DNA from: Planctomycetota bacterium
GTDB taxonomy: Bacteria; Planctomycetota; UBA1135; UBA2386
DNA: 64,000 bases
Assembly: GCA_965228735.1 (NCBI GenBank)
Contig: OZ245838.1
Coordinates: 5,984,001 to 6,048,000, forward strand
Direction of reading: 5' to 3'
This document shows, one piece after another, positions 28,693 through 38,528 of this stretch. A program made the translations under genes and the position numbers. The notes beneath the pieces are model-generated. The model saw only the letters and a list, made by a program, of their open reading frames with translations. It was not told the DNA's origin and made no database searches. How positions within the stretch are numbered: position 1 is the first letter of the stretch; each line of letters opens with the position of its first letter.

Positions 28693-28983
28693 GCCGGCAG
28701 ACGGGGTCACTGAAATTGAAGCGCGTTGACGGTGCCGCAGGGGCAGATTTCCGTTCACGGGTCTGGCAGGCGTTGGTACCCCTTGGCGAACGTCGATGGC
28801 GGTCCGATTGGACCGCGTTGACGCCAGACATGCCGGCGTGTCACACGATTGGACGGCAATATCGGGCCGCGTGTTCCCTCGCCCGCATCCGGATGACGAC
28901 AGACCCAGTGGTCGGTCGCGGAAGTTCAGATGTTGCCGTAGACCGGAATTCGGCGGCTCACCGGCGGCCGCGCACCGCCTCGC

Positions 28984-31900
28984 TCACATGTTGCGCCGGT
29001 ATTGTCCGCCGACGTCGTACAGCGCCGCCGACATCTGCCCGAGCGAGCAGGTCTTCGCCGCTTCCATGAGGCTCGCGAACACGTTGCCGCCGGCGAGCGC
29101 CTGCTGCTGCAGTTCCTGCAGCGCCGTTGCTGCGGCGCCCTTGTTCTGCTGCTGGAACGCCGCGAGCCCGTCGATCTGCGCCTGCTTCTCGGCATCCGTG
29201 CTGCGCATCACCTCGCCGACGACCTGGATCGGCGAGCCGTCCTTACCGAGGAACGTGTTCACGCCGATGATCGGCATCTCGCCGCTCGCCTTCAGCGACT
29301 CGTAGTGCAGCGACTCGTCCTGGATCTTGCCGCGCTGGTACATCGTCTCCATCGCGCCGAGGACGCCGCCGCGTTCGGACAGCCGTTCGAACTCCGCGTA
29401 GACGGCCTCTTCGACGAGGTCCGTGAGTTCCTCGATGATGAAGCTGCCCTGCAGCGGGTTCTCGTTCTTCGCGAGGCCGAGCTCGCGATTGATGATGAGC
29501 TGGATCGCCATCGCGCGCCGGACCGACTCTTCGGTCGGCGTCGTGATCGCCTCGTCGTAGGCGTTGGTGTGCAGCGAGTTGCAGTTGTCGTAGATCGCGT
29601 AGAGCGCCTGCAGCGTCGTCCGGATGTCGTTGAAGTCGATCTCCTGCGCGTGCAGCGAGCGGCCCGACGTCTGGATGTGGTACTTCAGCATCTGGCTGCG
29701 CTCGTTGCCGCCGTAGAGCCGGTCGATCGCCTTGCTCCAGATGCGCCGCGCGACGCGGCCGATGACCGCATACTCGGGGTCGATGCCGTTGCTGAAGAAG
29801 AAGCTCAGGTTCGGCGCGAACTCGTCGATCGCAAGACCGCGAGACAGGTAGTACTCGACGTAGGTGAAGCCGTTGCTCAGCGTCAGCGCGAGCTGCGTGA
29901 TCGGATTCGCCCCGGCCTCCGCGATGTGGTAGCCGGAGATCGACACCGAGTAGAAGTTGCGCACGCCGTTCTTGCTGAAGAACTCCTGCACGTCGCCCAT
30001 CATCCGCAGCGCGAACTCGGTGCTGAAGATGCAGGTGTTCTGCGCCTGGTCCTCCTTGAGGATGTCGGCCTGCACCGTGCCGCGCACGGTCGCGAGCGTC
30101 TCCTGCCGGATCCGGTCGTAGACGTCGGCCGGCATGACCTGGTCGCCGGTCACGCCGATGAGGCGCGTGCCGAGACCGTCGTGGCCGTCCGGCAGATCGC
30201 CGCGGTAGCGCGGTCGCTGCGAGCCGCCAGCGGCGAACAGCGCGTCGATCTTCTGCTCGGCCTCGTCGGTCTTGCCGTTCTCCTGCAGCCACTTCTCGCA
30301 CTGCTGGTCGATCGCCGCGTTGAGGAAGAACGCGAGCAGCATCGGTGCCGGACCGTTGATCGTCATCGACACGGACGTGACCGGGTCGCAGAGATCGAAG
30401 CCCGAGTAGAGGCGCTTGCAGTCGTCGAGCGTGCAGATCGACACGCCGGCGTTGCCGACCTTGCCGTGGATGTCGGGCCGCACGGCCGGATCCTCGCCGT
30501 AGAGCGTCACGCTGTCGAACGCGGTCGACAGCCGCTTGTAGGGCTGCCCGTGCGAGAGGTAGTGGAAGCGCTTGTTGGTGCGTTCCGGGCCGCCCTCGCC
30601 CGCGAACATGCGCGTCGGGTCCTCGGCCGTGCGCTTGAACGGGTAGACGCCGGCCGCGAACGGGAAGCGCCCCGGCACGTTCTCGGTCAGGAGCCACCGC
30701 AGCCGGTCGCCGTAGTTCTGGTAGCGCGGCAGCGCGATCTTCGGGATGTCGAGCCCCGACAGCGACCGCGTGTGGTTGCTGACCTTGATCTCCTTCTTGC
30801 GGACGTGGAAGACCGAGTGCTCGGCGGCGAGGCCGGCGACGAGGTCGTCCCAGCCACGCAGCGCCGTGAGGCACTCGGGCGCGAGCTCGCTCGCCACGGT
30901 CTTCGCCGCGGTCGTCGCCGCGTCGCGCGCCGGCCCCTCGGGCAGCTCCTCGGCCGCGCGTTCGAGCACGTAGAGCCGTTCGGCGAGCGCGCTCTGCTCC
31001 CTGGCCCACGCATCGTAGGCGCGGTTGTTGTTCACGATCTCCGCGAGGTAGCGGGTGCGTTCGGCCGGGATCACGTGCGCCGTGCCGGGGTCGCCCGTCG
31101 GCATCTCGACCGTGCTCTCGAACTGACCGGGTCGGCGCTCGGCGAGCGCTCGCGCGATCGCCTTGTAGAGCGTGTTGGTCCCCGGGTCGGCGAACTGCGC
31201 GGCCATCGTGCCGAAGACCGGCATGCCCTCGACGGGCCGTTCGAACGCCTGCTTGTTGCGCTGGACCTGCTTCTTGACGTCGCGCAGCGCGTCGCGCGCG
31301 CCTCGGCGATCGAACTTGTTGATCGCGACGAGGTCCGCGTAGTCGAGCATGTCGATCTTCTCGAGCTGGCTCTGCGCGCCGAACTCGGGCGTCATGACGT
31401 AGAGCGACAGGTCGGCGTGCTCGACGATCTCGGTGTCGCTCTGGCCGATGCCGCTGCTCTCGAGCACGATCAGGTCGAAGCCGCTCGTGCGCAGCACGGC
31501 GAGCGCGTCCTGCACGGAGTCGCTGAGCGCGACGTTCGCGCGCCGCGTCGCCATCGAACGGACGAACACCCGGTCCGAGACCGCGGCGTTCATTCGGATG
31601 CGGTCGCCGAGCAGCGCGCCGCCGGTCTTGCGCCGCGTCGGGTCGACGCAGAGCACCGCGATGCGGAGGTCCTGGAAGTCGAGCAGGAAGCGTCGCAGCA
31701 GCTCGTCGATGAGCGAGCTCTTGCCAGCACCTCCCGTGCCCGTGATGCCGAGCACCGGGGCCGGCGTCGCGATGTCGGCCGCCGCGCCGCGCACCTGGTC
31801 GCGGTGCCGTTCCGGGAAGTTCTCGACGAGCGTGATCGCCTGCGCGACCGTGCGCGCGTCCGTCGCCGCGGCCCCCGGCATCGCCGTGTCCTGCGTCACG

Positions 31901-32391
31901 GTCGCGAAGTCGCACCGCCGCAGCATGTCGTTGATCATGCCCTGCAGGCCGAGCTCGCGGCCGTCGTCGGGCGAGTAGATCCGCGCGATGCCGTAGTCGT
32001 GCAGCGCTTGGATCTCGTCGGGCAGGATGACCCCGCCACCGCCGCCGAAGATCTGCACGTGGCCGGCACCGCGCTCCGCCAGCATGTCGAACATGTAGCG
32101 GAAGAACTCGTTGTGGCCGCCCTGATAGGACGTCACGGCGATGCCCTGGGCGTCCTCGGCGATCGCCGCGTCGACGATCTCCTGGACCGAGCGGTTGTGG
32201 CCGAGGTGGATGACCTCGGCGCCGGACGCCTGGGCGATGCGGCGGAAGATGTGGATCGAGGCGTCGTGACCGTCGAACAGGCTCGTGGCCGTGACGAGTC
32301 GAACTTTGTGCCTCAGGGTAAGCGGGCCGTCCGCGGGGCCGTCGGATTCGGCCTGGTCCGCGGGGCGTTGCGGCGAAGCTGCAGAAGTCAC
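28984..32391 (-). CDS. icmF: Fused isobutyryl-CoA mutase / MeaB-like GTPase
   Basis: N-terminal B12 domain [16 protein letters not shown]-loop; [11 protein letters not shown] mutase motif with Phe; GQYRRNM C-terminus; 1135 aa. Confidence 0.95.
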   Translation of the reverse strand: MTSAASPQRPADQAESDGPADGPLTLRHKVRLVTATSLFDGHDASIHIFRRIAQASGAEVIHLGHNRSVQEIVDAAIAEDAQGIAVTSYQGGHNEFFRYMFDMLAERGAGHVQIFGGGGGVILPDEIQALHDYGIARIYSPDDGRELGLQGMINDMLRRCDFATVTQDTAMPGAAATDARTVAQAITLVENFPERHRDQVRGAAADIATPAPVLGITGTGGAGKSSLIDELLRRFLLDFQDLRIAVLCVDPTRRKTGGALLGDRIRMNAAVSDRVFVRSMATRRANVALSDSVQDALAVLRTSGFDLIVLESSGIGQSDTEIVEHADLSLYVMTPEFGAQSQLEKIDMLDYADLVAINKFDRRGARDALRDVKKQVQRNKQAFERPVEGMPVFGTMAAQFADPGTNTLYKAIARALAERRPGQFESTVEMPTGDPGTAHVIPAERTRYLAEIVNNNRAYDAWAREQSALAERLYVLERAAEELPEGPARDAATTAAKTVASELAPECLTALRGWDDLVAGLAAEHSVFHVRKKEIKVSNHTRSLSGLDIPKIALPRYQNYGDRLRWLLTENVPGRFPFAAGVYPFKRTAEDPTRMFAGEGGPERTNKRFHYLSHGQPYKRLSTAFDSVTLYGEDPAVRPDIHGKVGNAGVSICTLDDCKRLYSGFDLCDPVTSVSMTINGPAPMLLAFFLNAAIDQQCEKWLQENGKTDEAEQKIDALFAAGGSQRPRYRGDLPDGHDGLGTRLIGVTGDQVMPADVYDRIRQETLATVRGTVQADILKEDQAQNTCIFSTEFALRMMGDVQEFFSKNGVRNFYSVSISGYHIAEAGANPITQLALTLSNGFTYVEYYLSRGLAIDEFAPNLSFFFSNGIDPEYAVIGRVARRIWSKAIDRLYGGNERSQMLKYHIQTSGRSLHAQEIDFNDIRTTLQALYAIYDNCNSLHTNAYDEAITTPTEESVRRAMAIQLIINRELGLAKNENPLQGSFIIEELTDLVEEAVYAEFERLSERGGVLGAMETMYQRGKIQDESLHYESLKASGEMPIIGVNTFLGKDGSPIQVVGEVMRSTDAEKQAQIDGLAAFQQQNKGAAATALQELQQQALAGGNVFASLMEAAKTCSLGQMSAALYDVGGQYRRNM

Positions 32392-32415
32392 GCCTCCCAG
32401 CTTACGCTGAATGGC

Positions 32416-32832
32416 CTACTCGGTCGCTGCTTCCTCGGGCGCGAGCGGCGAGAAGTGCTGCGCGACGATCTTCCAGTCATCGCTCATCCGGCAGAGCGAG
32501 AACGTGCACATGCCGCTCTGCTCGTGGGCCCGCCCCTCGGGGTCGATCTGAGCCATCTTCCAGCCGCCCACGGCCGTCGCGAACTGGTCGTCGAAGACCT
32601 GGTAGTCCATGTCCTTGAGCTCGAGCTTGACCGAGTCGAGGTAGCGGAACTCCTGGTCGAGCACCTCCTCGAACGCGCCCCAGCCGCGGTCCTGCCGCCC
32701 GCTGGCATCGAGGTTACGGAAGCGCTTGTCGGTCCAGTAATGCGAGCGGAACGTCTTCAGGTCGCGGCTGTTGAACGACTGCCGCATGCTGCGGAAGAAT
32801 TCGTCCATCTCCTTCATGCTCTCGACGCTCAT
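32416..32832 (-). CDS. NTF2/SnoaL-like (DUF4440-type) protein
   Basis: 138 aa; helix then beta sheet ending WKIVAQHFS; no signal peptide. Confidence 0.7.
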   Translation of the reverse strand: MSVESMKEMDEFFRSMRQSFNSRDLKTFRSHYWTDKRFRNLDASGRQDRGWGAFEEVLDQEFRYLDSVKLELKDMDYQVFDDQFATAVGGWKMAQIDPEGRAHEQSGMCTFSLCRMSDDWKIVAQHFSPLAPEEAATE

Positions 32833-32935
32833 GCAGGTGGCTCTCGGCGAGTTCTCTCGGTTGCCTCGGCGGAACGCAACTCGTTTCCAGTGACGGAGAA
32901 ACGGTTGCTCGAGGGCATGGTATGCGAGTGCTGGC

Positions 32936-34309
32936 TCAGCGCTCGATGTGACGGAAAAGCGGGTCCTTCGACTTCTCGTAGACGACCTTGCCGTTCACAA
33001 GGGCCGTTTCCACGAAGGTCGCATAGTGCAGCGGGTCGCCGTCGAGAATCAAGACGTCCGCGTCCTTGCCGGCCTCGAGCGACCCGACCCGGGCCTCGGC
33101 GCCGATTGCTCGCGCCGCATCCAAAGTGATCGTTCGCAAGGCCTTACGGTTATCGAGGCCGCCGCGCACGGCGTAGGCCGCATCGACGTGCGGGGTGTTG
33201 AGGTCCTGCCCGAGGATGCCGCCCGTGCCGACCGACGCGCCGCCGAAGCGCCCGCTCGGGGCCGTGACGGCGACGGGCACACCGGCCTGGCTGAGGATCG
33301 CGGCGCTCGCGAGGTTGGTGCCCGTGGTGTCCGGCTTCTTCGGGTCCGGCGCGGTCCGGTTGCGCGGGTTGAGCACGACCATCGACCCGGTCGCCGCGAT
33401 CTCGTCGGGCACGAGCCACGCGCTCATCGGGTTGTTGAGCACGACGCCCTTGCCGAACAGCTCGCTGACCCTGAGCGCCTGGCGGATCGCGTCGACGTCG
33501 CTGCCGTCACCGCCGCCGCCGCCCATCATCCGGCGGAAGCGCGCCATCCGGTCGCCGAGCTCGATCCACAGGCGCTTCTTGCCCTGCAGCACGGCGACGA
33601 TGTTCTCCGTGCCCCGCGGCACGCGCGGCTCCTTGGCCTTGGGATCCTTCGTCTTCTTGGCCGGGTACTCCGCCAGCTCGGTCAGGTACTCCTTCGCCTG
33701 TTCGACCTGCTGCGTGAGCTTGCCCCAGTCCGCGAGGCTCAGCGGCACGTTCATCGCGACCACGCTGTTCTCCTCGAGCACCATGCCGTCGACGTCGCCC
33801 CACGCGAGTTTGGCGATCGCGTTCGTGCCGCTCGGGGTCGAGCCGCCGCCCGCGCCGCCGACGAGGAACGACGTGATGCCCGCCGCGAGGCCCTGCTTCA
33901 TCTGCGGGTCGTAGGGGTTGCTGCCGTCCTTGAACGGCGCGCGGCGCGCGGCCCCCATACCCGAGCCGGCGACCGCGACGAAGCCCGGCGCGACCGTCTT
34001 GCCCTTGGCGTCGATCGTCGTGCACTTCTCGGGCAGTTCGAGGTCGTGGCCGACGGCTTCGATCTTGTCGTCCGCGATCAGCACGGTCGCGCCCGTGAGC
34101 CGCTGGCCCGTGCCGAGGTAGACGTCGCCGCCGACGATGGCGGTGTATTCCTTGGGCTTCTTCGCCTCGTCCTTCTTCTCGGGCTCGGCAGCCGGCGGTG
34201 CTGCGGGTGCCGGCGCGCGCATGCGGCCGCGGCGGCCGCGGCCCTGGCCCGGAAGGTCGGCGATGGTCGCGAGCGTGATCGTCGCGGCGAGGAGGAGCTG
34301 GATGCGCAT
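32936..34309 (-). CDS. Secreted amidohydrolase-superfamily protein 9, metal ligands degenerate
   Basis: IDAKGKTVAPGFVAVAGS (no HxH); GSLEAGKDADVLILDGDPL; start MRIQLL. Confidence 0.85.
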   Translation of the reverse strand: MRIQLLLAATITLATIADLPGQGRGRRGRMRAPAPAAPPAAEPEKKDEAKKPKEYTAIVGGDVYLGTGQRLTGATVLIADDKIEAVGHDLELPEKCTTIDAKGKTVAPGFVAVAGSGMGAARRAPFKDGSNPYDPQMKQGLAAGITSFLVGGAGGGSTPSGTNAIAKLAWGDVDGMVLEENSVVAMNVPLSLADWGKLTQQVEQAKEYLTELAEYPAKKTKDPKAKEPRVPRGTENIVAVLQGKKRLWIELGDRMARFRRMMGGGGGDGSDVDAIRQALRVSELFGKGVVLNNPMSAWLVPDEIAATGSMVVLNPRNRTAPDPKKPDTTGTNLASAAILSQAGVPVAVTAPSGRFGGASVGTGGILGQDLNTPHVDAAYAVRGGLDNRKALRTITLDAARAIGAEARVGSLEAGKDADVLILDGDPLHYATFVETALVNGKVVYEKSKDPLFRHIER

Positions 34310-34353
34310 TGGTGGGTCCTGCGGATGAACGTTTCTGGGCGGCTGGTGGCGGG

Positions 34354-35808
34354 CTACGGCTGCTTGCGTTCGACGGCGTGGCCGCGGAACCACACGGAGT
34401 CGATCTCGCTCGCGGGCGACAGCGGGTCTCCGGTGAACACGATGAGGTTGGCGTCCTTGCCGACCTCGAGCGTGCCGACGGACTCGTCGATGCCGAGCGC
34501 CTTCGCGGGCACGCGCGTGACGCCGGCGTAGGCGACGTCCTGCGGCAGGCCGCTGCGCACGAGCTCCATGAGGCGGAAGAACACGGACCGCGCGCTGCTG
34601 CTGTTGTCGCCGATCACGAAGCCGACCTCGACGCCCGCGTCGTGCAGCGTCCTGGCCGGGTGGGTGAGGTGACGCGACCGGCCCTTCGTCGAGAGAGCGG
34701 CCGGCAGCAGCACCGGGCAGTCGAGCTTCTTCACCTCGTCGAGCACGATGTCGAGCGTGCCCGAGTAGGGGTCGTGGCGCGTCGAGACGAGCGTGCGCGG
34801 GAACTCGAGCTCGGCGTCGATCGCGTTCTGCCAGTGCGCGAGGTCGGCGGCGGAGCCGATCTCGACGATCGCGCGCTTCTTGCCCTCGAGCAGGTCGGCG
34901 AGCACCTCGATGTTCGGGTCCTTCTTCTGCTGGCGCGTCGTCGGGCGCCGCGTCGGCTGCTTCGGCGGCTCCTTGCCCTCCGGCTTGGGAGTCGGCGTCG
35001 GCTTCGGCGTCGGCTTCGGACCGGGCTTCGGCGGCTCCTTCGTGTCGCCCTTCTTCTCGCCTGCCTTCTCGGCGGGCTTGTCGCCGTTCTTCTCGGCCGG
35101 CTTCTTCGCCTCCGGCTCTTGCGCGGGCTTGGGCTCCTCCTTGGGCTTGTTGCGTTCCTCGACGACCTTCTTGGCCTTGTCGAAGCTGTCCTTCAGCAGC
35201 TTCTTCGTGGCCGCGTCGCGCGCCATGCCGATCTGCAAGAACGCTTCACCGTCGGCAGTGAGCTCGCGGACGGTGGTGCCGTTCGGCGCGAGCACGGCGC
35301 CCGTGCCCGGGAACGCGTTGCCCGTCGGCGTGAGCGCGAGCGACGTCACGCCGGCTTCGAGCAGCTCGTGGAAGACCTTCTGCTTCGGGTAGAGCCCGTC
35401 GACGACGCGCGTCGCAGCTTTGTTGGCGGCGCGACTGCCGGACGAACGCATCGTAACGCCGCGGGGGAAGCCACGGCCGCGCCGGCTCGACCGTTGGACG
35501 AGATCCGGCTGCCCGCCGGACAGCCCCGCGCGCGAGTAGGCGCTCACGAGGCCCGGCATGATCGTCTTGCCCTCGGCGTCGACGATCTTCGCGCCTGCGG
35601 GCACCGTGGCGTCCGCGCCGACCGCCTCGATCTTGCCCTTGCGGATCACGAGCGTGCCCTGCTCGATCACCGGGCCGGCGACCGTGACGATGCGGGCGTT
35701 GGTGAACGCGACCGGGCGCCGGTCCTGGGCGCGCAGGGAATGCGGCAGCGCCGCGCAGAGTGCGGCGAACGCGAGAACGGGAAGGTGACAGTTGCGAACT
35801 CGGCTCAT
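34354..35808 (-). CDS. Secreted amidohydrolase-superfamily protein 8, degenerate, with Lys/Pro-rich insertion
   Basis: IMPGLVSAYSR (no HxH); GTLEVGKDANLIVFTGDPL; start MSRVRN with ATGA overlap. Confidence 0.85.
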   Translation of the reverse strand: MSRVRNCHLPVLAFAALCAALPHSLRAQDRRPVAFTNARIVTVAGPVIEQGTLVIRKGKIEAVGADATVPAGAKIVDAEGKTIMPGLVSAYSRAGLSGGQPDLVQRSSRRGRGFPRGVTMRSSGSRAANKAATRVVDGLYPKQKVFHELLEAGVTSLALTPTGNAFPGTGAVLAPNGTTVRELTADGEAFLQIGMARDAATKKLLKDSFDKAKKVVEERNKPKEEPKPAQEPEAKKPAEKNGDKPAEKAGEKKGDTKEPPKPGPKPTPKPTPTPKPEGKEPPKQPTRRPTTRQQKKDPNIEVLADLLEGKKRAIVEIGSAADLAHWQNAIDAELEFPRTLVSTRHDPYSGTLDIVLDEVKKLDCPVLLPAALSTKGRSRHLTHPARTLHDAGVEVGFVIGDNSSSARSVFFRLMELVRSGLPQDVAYAGVTRVPAKALGIDESVGTLEVGKDANLIVFTGDPLSPASEIDSVWFRGHAVERKQP

Positions 35809-37067
35809 CGGCAATCTCCGCTGCGGTAGATCAGACTTCCTTCGATGTAGACCTTGCTCGGTCCGATGCGCGGATCGAGCGGGTCGCCGGCCGTGACCTG
35901 GAAGTCGGCGTCCTTGCCGACGGTCAACGAACCGACGCGGTCGTCGAGGCCGATCTGTTGCGCCGGCACGAGCGTGACGGCACGAAGGGCGGCCTCGTAA
36001 GGCAGACCGAGGCGCGCGGCCATCGCCGCCTGCAGCTGCAGCTGCTCGGGCGGGATCACCGGCGCGTCGGTGTTGATGGACAGGTTGTGGCAGCCGGCTT
36101 CCCAGAACGCCTGGCACATGCCCTGCATGCGGCCGTAGCGGTCGAACTGGTACATGCGCGGGCCGAGGTTGATCGGCGTCTGCCATTCGGCGAGCGGGCC
36201 CGCCGCGATCCAGCCGTCGAACGAACCGTGCGACAGGATCATGCGGACGTCGAACACGCCCTGGAACATGCGGGCCGTCGCGACGCAGTCGCGCGCGCCG
36301 GCCGTGTGGATGAGCACGGGGACCTCGCCGTCGAACACCTTGCGCAGCTGCTCGAGCGTCGGGTCGAACTGCGGCGCCTCGCCCTTGCCGGCCCTGGCGT
36401 CGCGCCACGCGGTTGCGTAGTCGCGGCCCTTCTCGAGCGCCTGCGTGAGGAGCTCGCTGCTGCCCATGCGCGTCTGGCCGAGATCGCCGCTGTAGCGCTC
36501 CGGGTTGTAGCCCTGCGCGACCTTCATCGCGCCGAGCTCGCGGATGACCATGTCGTCGAGTCTGCTGCCCCAGCGCATCTTCATCAGCACGCCGAAGCCG
36601 CTGATGTTGGTGCCCGACCCCGGGATGAACAGCGTCGTCGTGACGCCGCCAGCGACGGTGCGCTGGATCATCTCGGTGTTGGGCTTGACCGTGTCGAGCG
36701 TGCGCAGCTCGGCGTTGATCGGCTGCACCATGTCGTTGATGTCGCCGCCGCCGCTGCTGACGTGGTGGTGCAGGTCGACGAAGCCAGGGCTGAGCCACTG
36801 ATCGCCGTGGTCGACGACCGTCGCGCCGGCCGGCAGCTTCGTCGTCGCCGCCGCGCCGACCGCGAGGATCTTGCCGTCCTGCTCGACGAGCACGCCGTCG
36901 TCGATCGGGGCGCGGTCGATCGGCAGGATGCGCGCCGCGCGATGGATCGTGACGGGGCCCGAGCCGAGGCCCTCGCGTCCCGATTCCGCTGCCCGATCCT
37001 GCGTGCCCACGCCGGCCGCGAGAGCGGCGGCGACGGCGAGGGTGCGGATCGTGGTGGTGGCGGTCAC
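35805..37067 (-). CDS. Secreted amidohydrolase 7, full metal-ligand set
   Basis: PGFVDLHHH, MKVAQG, LIHT, LSHG, INTDAP. Confidence 0.9.
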   Translation of the reverse strand: MTATTTIRTLAVAAALAAGVGTQDRAAESGREGLGSGPVTIHRAARILPIDRAPIDDGVLVEQDGKILAVGAAATTKLPAGATVVDHGDQWLSPGFVDLHHHVSSGGGDINDMVQPINAELRTLDTVKPNTEMIQRTVAGGVTTTLFIPGSGTNISGFGVLMKMRWGSRLDDMVIRELGAMKVAQGYNPERYSGDLGQTRMGSSELLTQALEKGRDYATAWRDARAGKGEAPQFDPTLEQLRKVFDGEVPVLIHTAGARDCVATARMFQGVFDVRMILSHGSFDGWIAAGPLAEWQTPINLGPRMYQFDRYGRMQGMCQAFWEAGCHNLSINTDAPVIPPEQLQLQAAMAARLGLPYEAALRAVTLVPAQQIGLDDRVGSLTVGKDADFQVTAGDPLDPRIGPSKVYIEGSLIYRSGDCR

Positions 37068-37103
37068 GTGCCTTGGTGCTGAGGGGTGGGGGCTCGGGAG
37101 CGG

Positions 37104-38528
37104 TTACCAGACGGGGCGCTTGCTGTCGCGGCGGTAGCAGATCGTCCCACTTACGACCATGAGCTCGACGTGCGAGCGCGGATCGAGCGGGTCGCCGCTC
37201 CAGACGCCGATGTCGGCGTCCTTGCCGACGGTGAGCGAGCCGACGCGGTGGTCGATGCCGCCCATCTTCGCGGCGTTGATCGTCAGACCGCGCAGGGCCC
37301 ATTCGTGCGGCAGGCCGAGGCGCACGGCCATCGCGGCCTGCAGCGTGAGCTGTTCCTGCGCGACCACGGGAGAGTCGGTGTTGATCGAGATGCCGTCGCG
37401 GCCCACGCCGGGGACCGGGTCGCGCCAGCCGTGCTGACCGCCCATCGCCCAGTTGGCCGCGAGCCCCTCGATCTTGCCCGTGGCGCGATCGAAGTGGTAC
37501 TGGCGCGGTCCGTTCGCGATCGGCACACCGTGCTGGCGCATGTTGCCGCTGAGGCGGAACCCGTCGAACGTGCCGTGCACGACGACGGTCCAGAGGTCGA
37601 GCTCGAGGCGCAGCTCCTGCAGCGTCTGGAGGACGACCTGGTAGATCTGCGTGTGCACCGACACCGGGTACTCGTGGCGGAAGAGGCCGGATACGAGCTC
37701 GAGCGTCGGGTCGAACTTGGGCTTGTCGCCCTCGCCGCGTTCCGCCGCGAGCGTCTGCAGCCAGTAGTCCCGGCCGCGCACGAGCGTCTGACGGATGCCG
37801 TCGCTCATGCCCATCATGCCGTAGCCGAGGTCGCCGCTGCGCCGCTCGGGGTTGCCGGCCTGCGCGATCTTGAGGCTGCCGGGGAAGCGCACGAGCGCCT
37901 CGTCCGGGCTCTTGCCCCAGGTCTTGGTGATGGTGCCGAAGCCACCCATGTTGGAGCCCGACCCCGGGATGTAGAGCGCGCAGCTCACCCCGCCCGCGCG
38001 CGCGGCGCGGAACTGGTCGTGTTCCATGCTGATGAGATCGAGGGTGCGGAACTCGGGGTTCGTCGCGTGCACCGTGTCGTTGAGGTCGAAGCTCTCGCTC
38101 GCGACGTGACAGTGCATCTCGACGAGACCCGGGACGATCATCGCGTCATCGCAGTCGATGAGCTGGTAGCCCGCGGGCACCGGCGTCTCGTCGTAGGTGC
38201 CGATCGCCTCGATGATGCCGTTCTTCGTGACGACGACGCCGTCGAGGATCGGCGGCGCCGTGACGGGGATCACCTTGGCCGCGCGAAAGACGTAGCCGGG
38301 GCTCGGCAGCCCGCGCGGACCCCACTTCGCGACCTTGTAGTCGGCCTCCGTCTTCGGGCGGCGGGGGTAGTAGATCTCGAACGGCTTCGGTTCGGCCTGC
38401 TGCTCGACCGTCCGTTCGGTCGGCGCAGCGGGAGGCGCGGTCGCCCTCTCGTCCTGCGCGAACAGGCCGGGGGTGAGCAGCGCAGCGCAGGGCAGGACGG
38501 CGGCAGCGAGAGAACGGATACGCATCAT
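37104..38528 (-). CDS. Secreted amidohydrolase 6, full metal-ligand set
   Basis: PGLVEMHCH, LKIAQAGNP, SVHT, VVHG, INTDSP; start MMRIRS with ATGA overlap. Confidence 0.9.
   Translation of the reverse strand: MMRIRSLAAAVLPCAALLTPGLFAQDERATAPPAAPTERTVEQQAEPKPFEIYYPRRPKTEADYKVAKWGPRGLPSPGYVFRAAKVIPVTAPPILDGVVVTKNGIIEAIGTYDETPVPAGYQLIDCDDAMIVPGLVEMHCHVASESFDLNDTVHATNPEFRTLDLISMEHDQFRAARAGGVSCALYIPGSGSNMGGFGTITKTWGKSPDEALVRFPGSLKIAQAGNPERRSGDLGYGMMGMSDGIRQTLVRGRDYWLQTLAAERGEGDKPKFDPTLELVSGLFRHEYPVSVHTQIYQVVLQTLQELRLELDLWTVVVHGTFDGFRLSGNMRQHGVPIANGPRQYHFDRATGKIEGLAANWAMGGQHGWRDPVPGVGRDGISINTDSPVVAQEQLTLQAAMAVRLGLPHEWALRGLTINAAKMGGIDHRVGSLTVGKDADIGVWSGDPLDPRSHVELMVVSGTICYRRDSKRPVW

Noticed and set aside
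28693..28983. Possible ncRNA or sigma70 promoter (two TTGACG hexamers) in the intergenic gap
   Set aside because: No well-spaced -10 element, wrong orientation for the adjacent genes, and no recognisable RNA structure.
28984..32832. icmF and the NTF2-like gene as part of the amidohydrolase system
   Set aside because: Co-oriented but cytoplasmic and separated by a 103-bp gap; linkage cannot be supported without synteny data.
29002..33129. 1375-aa plus-strand ORF
   Set aside because: Antisense shadow of icmF.
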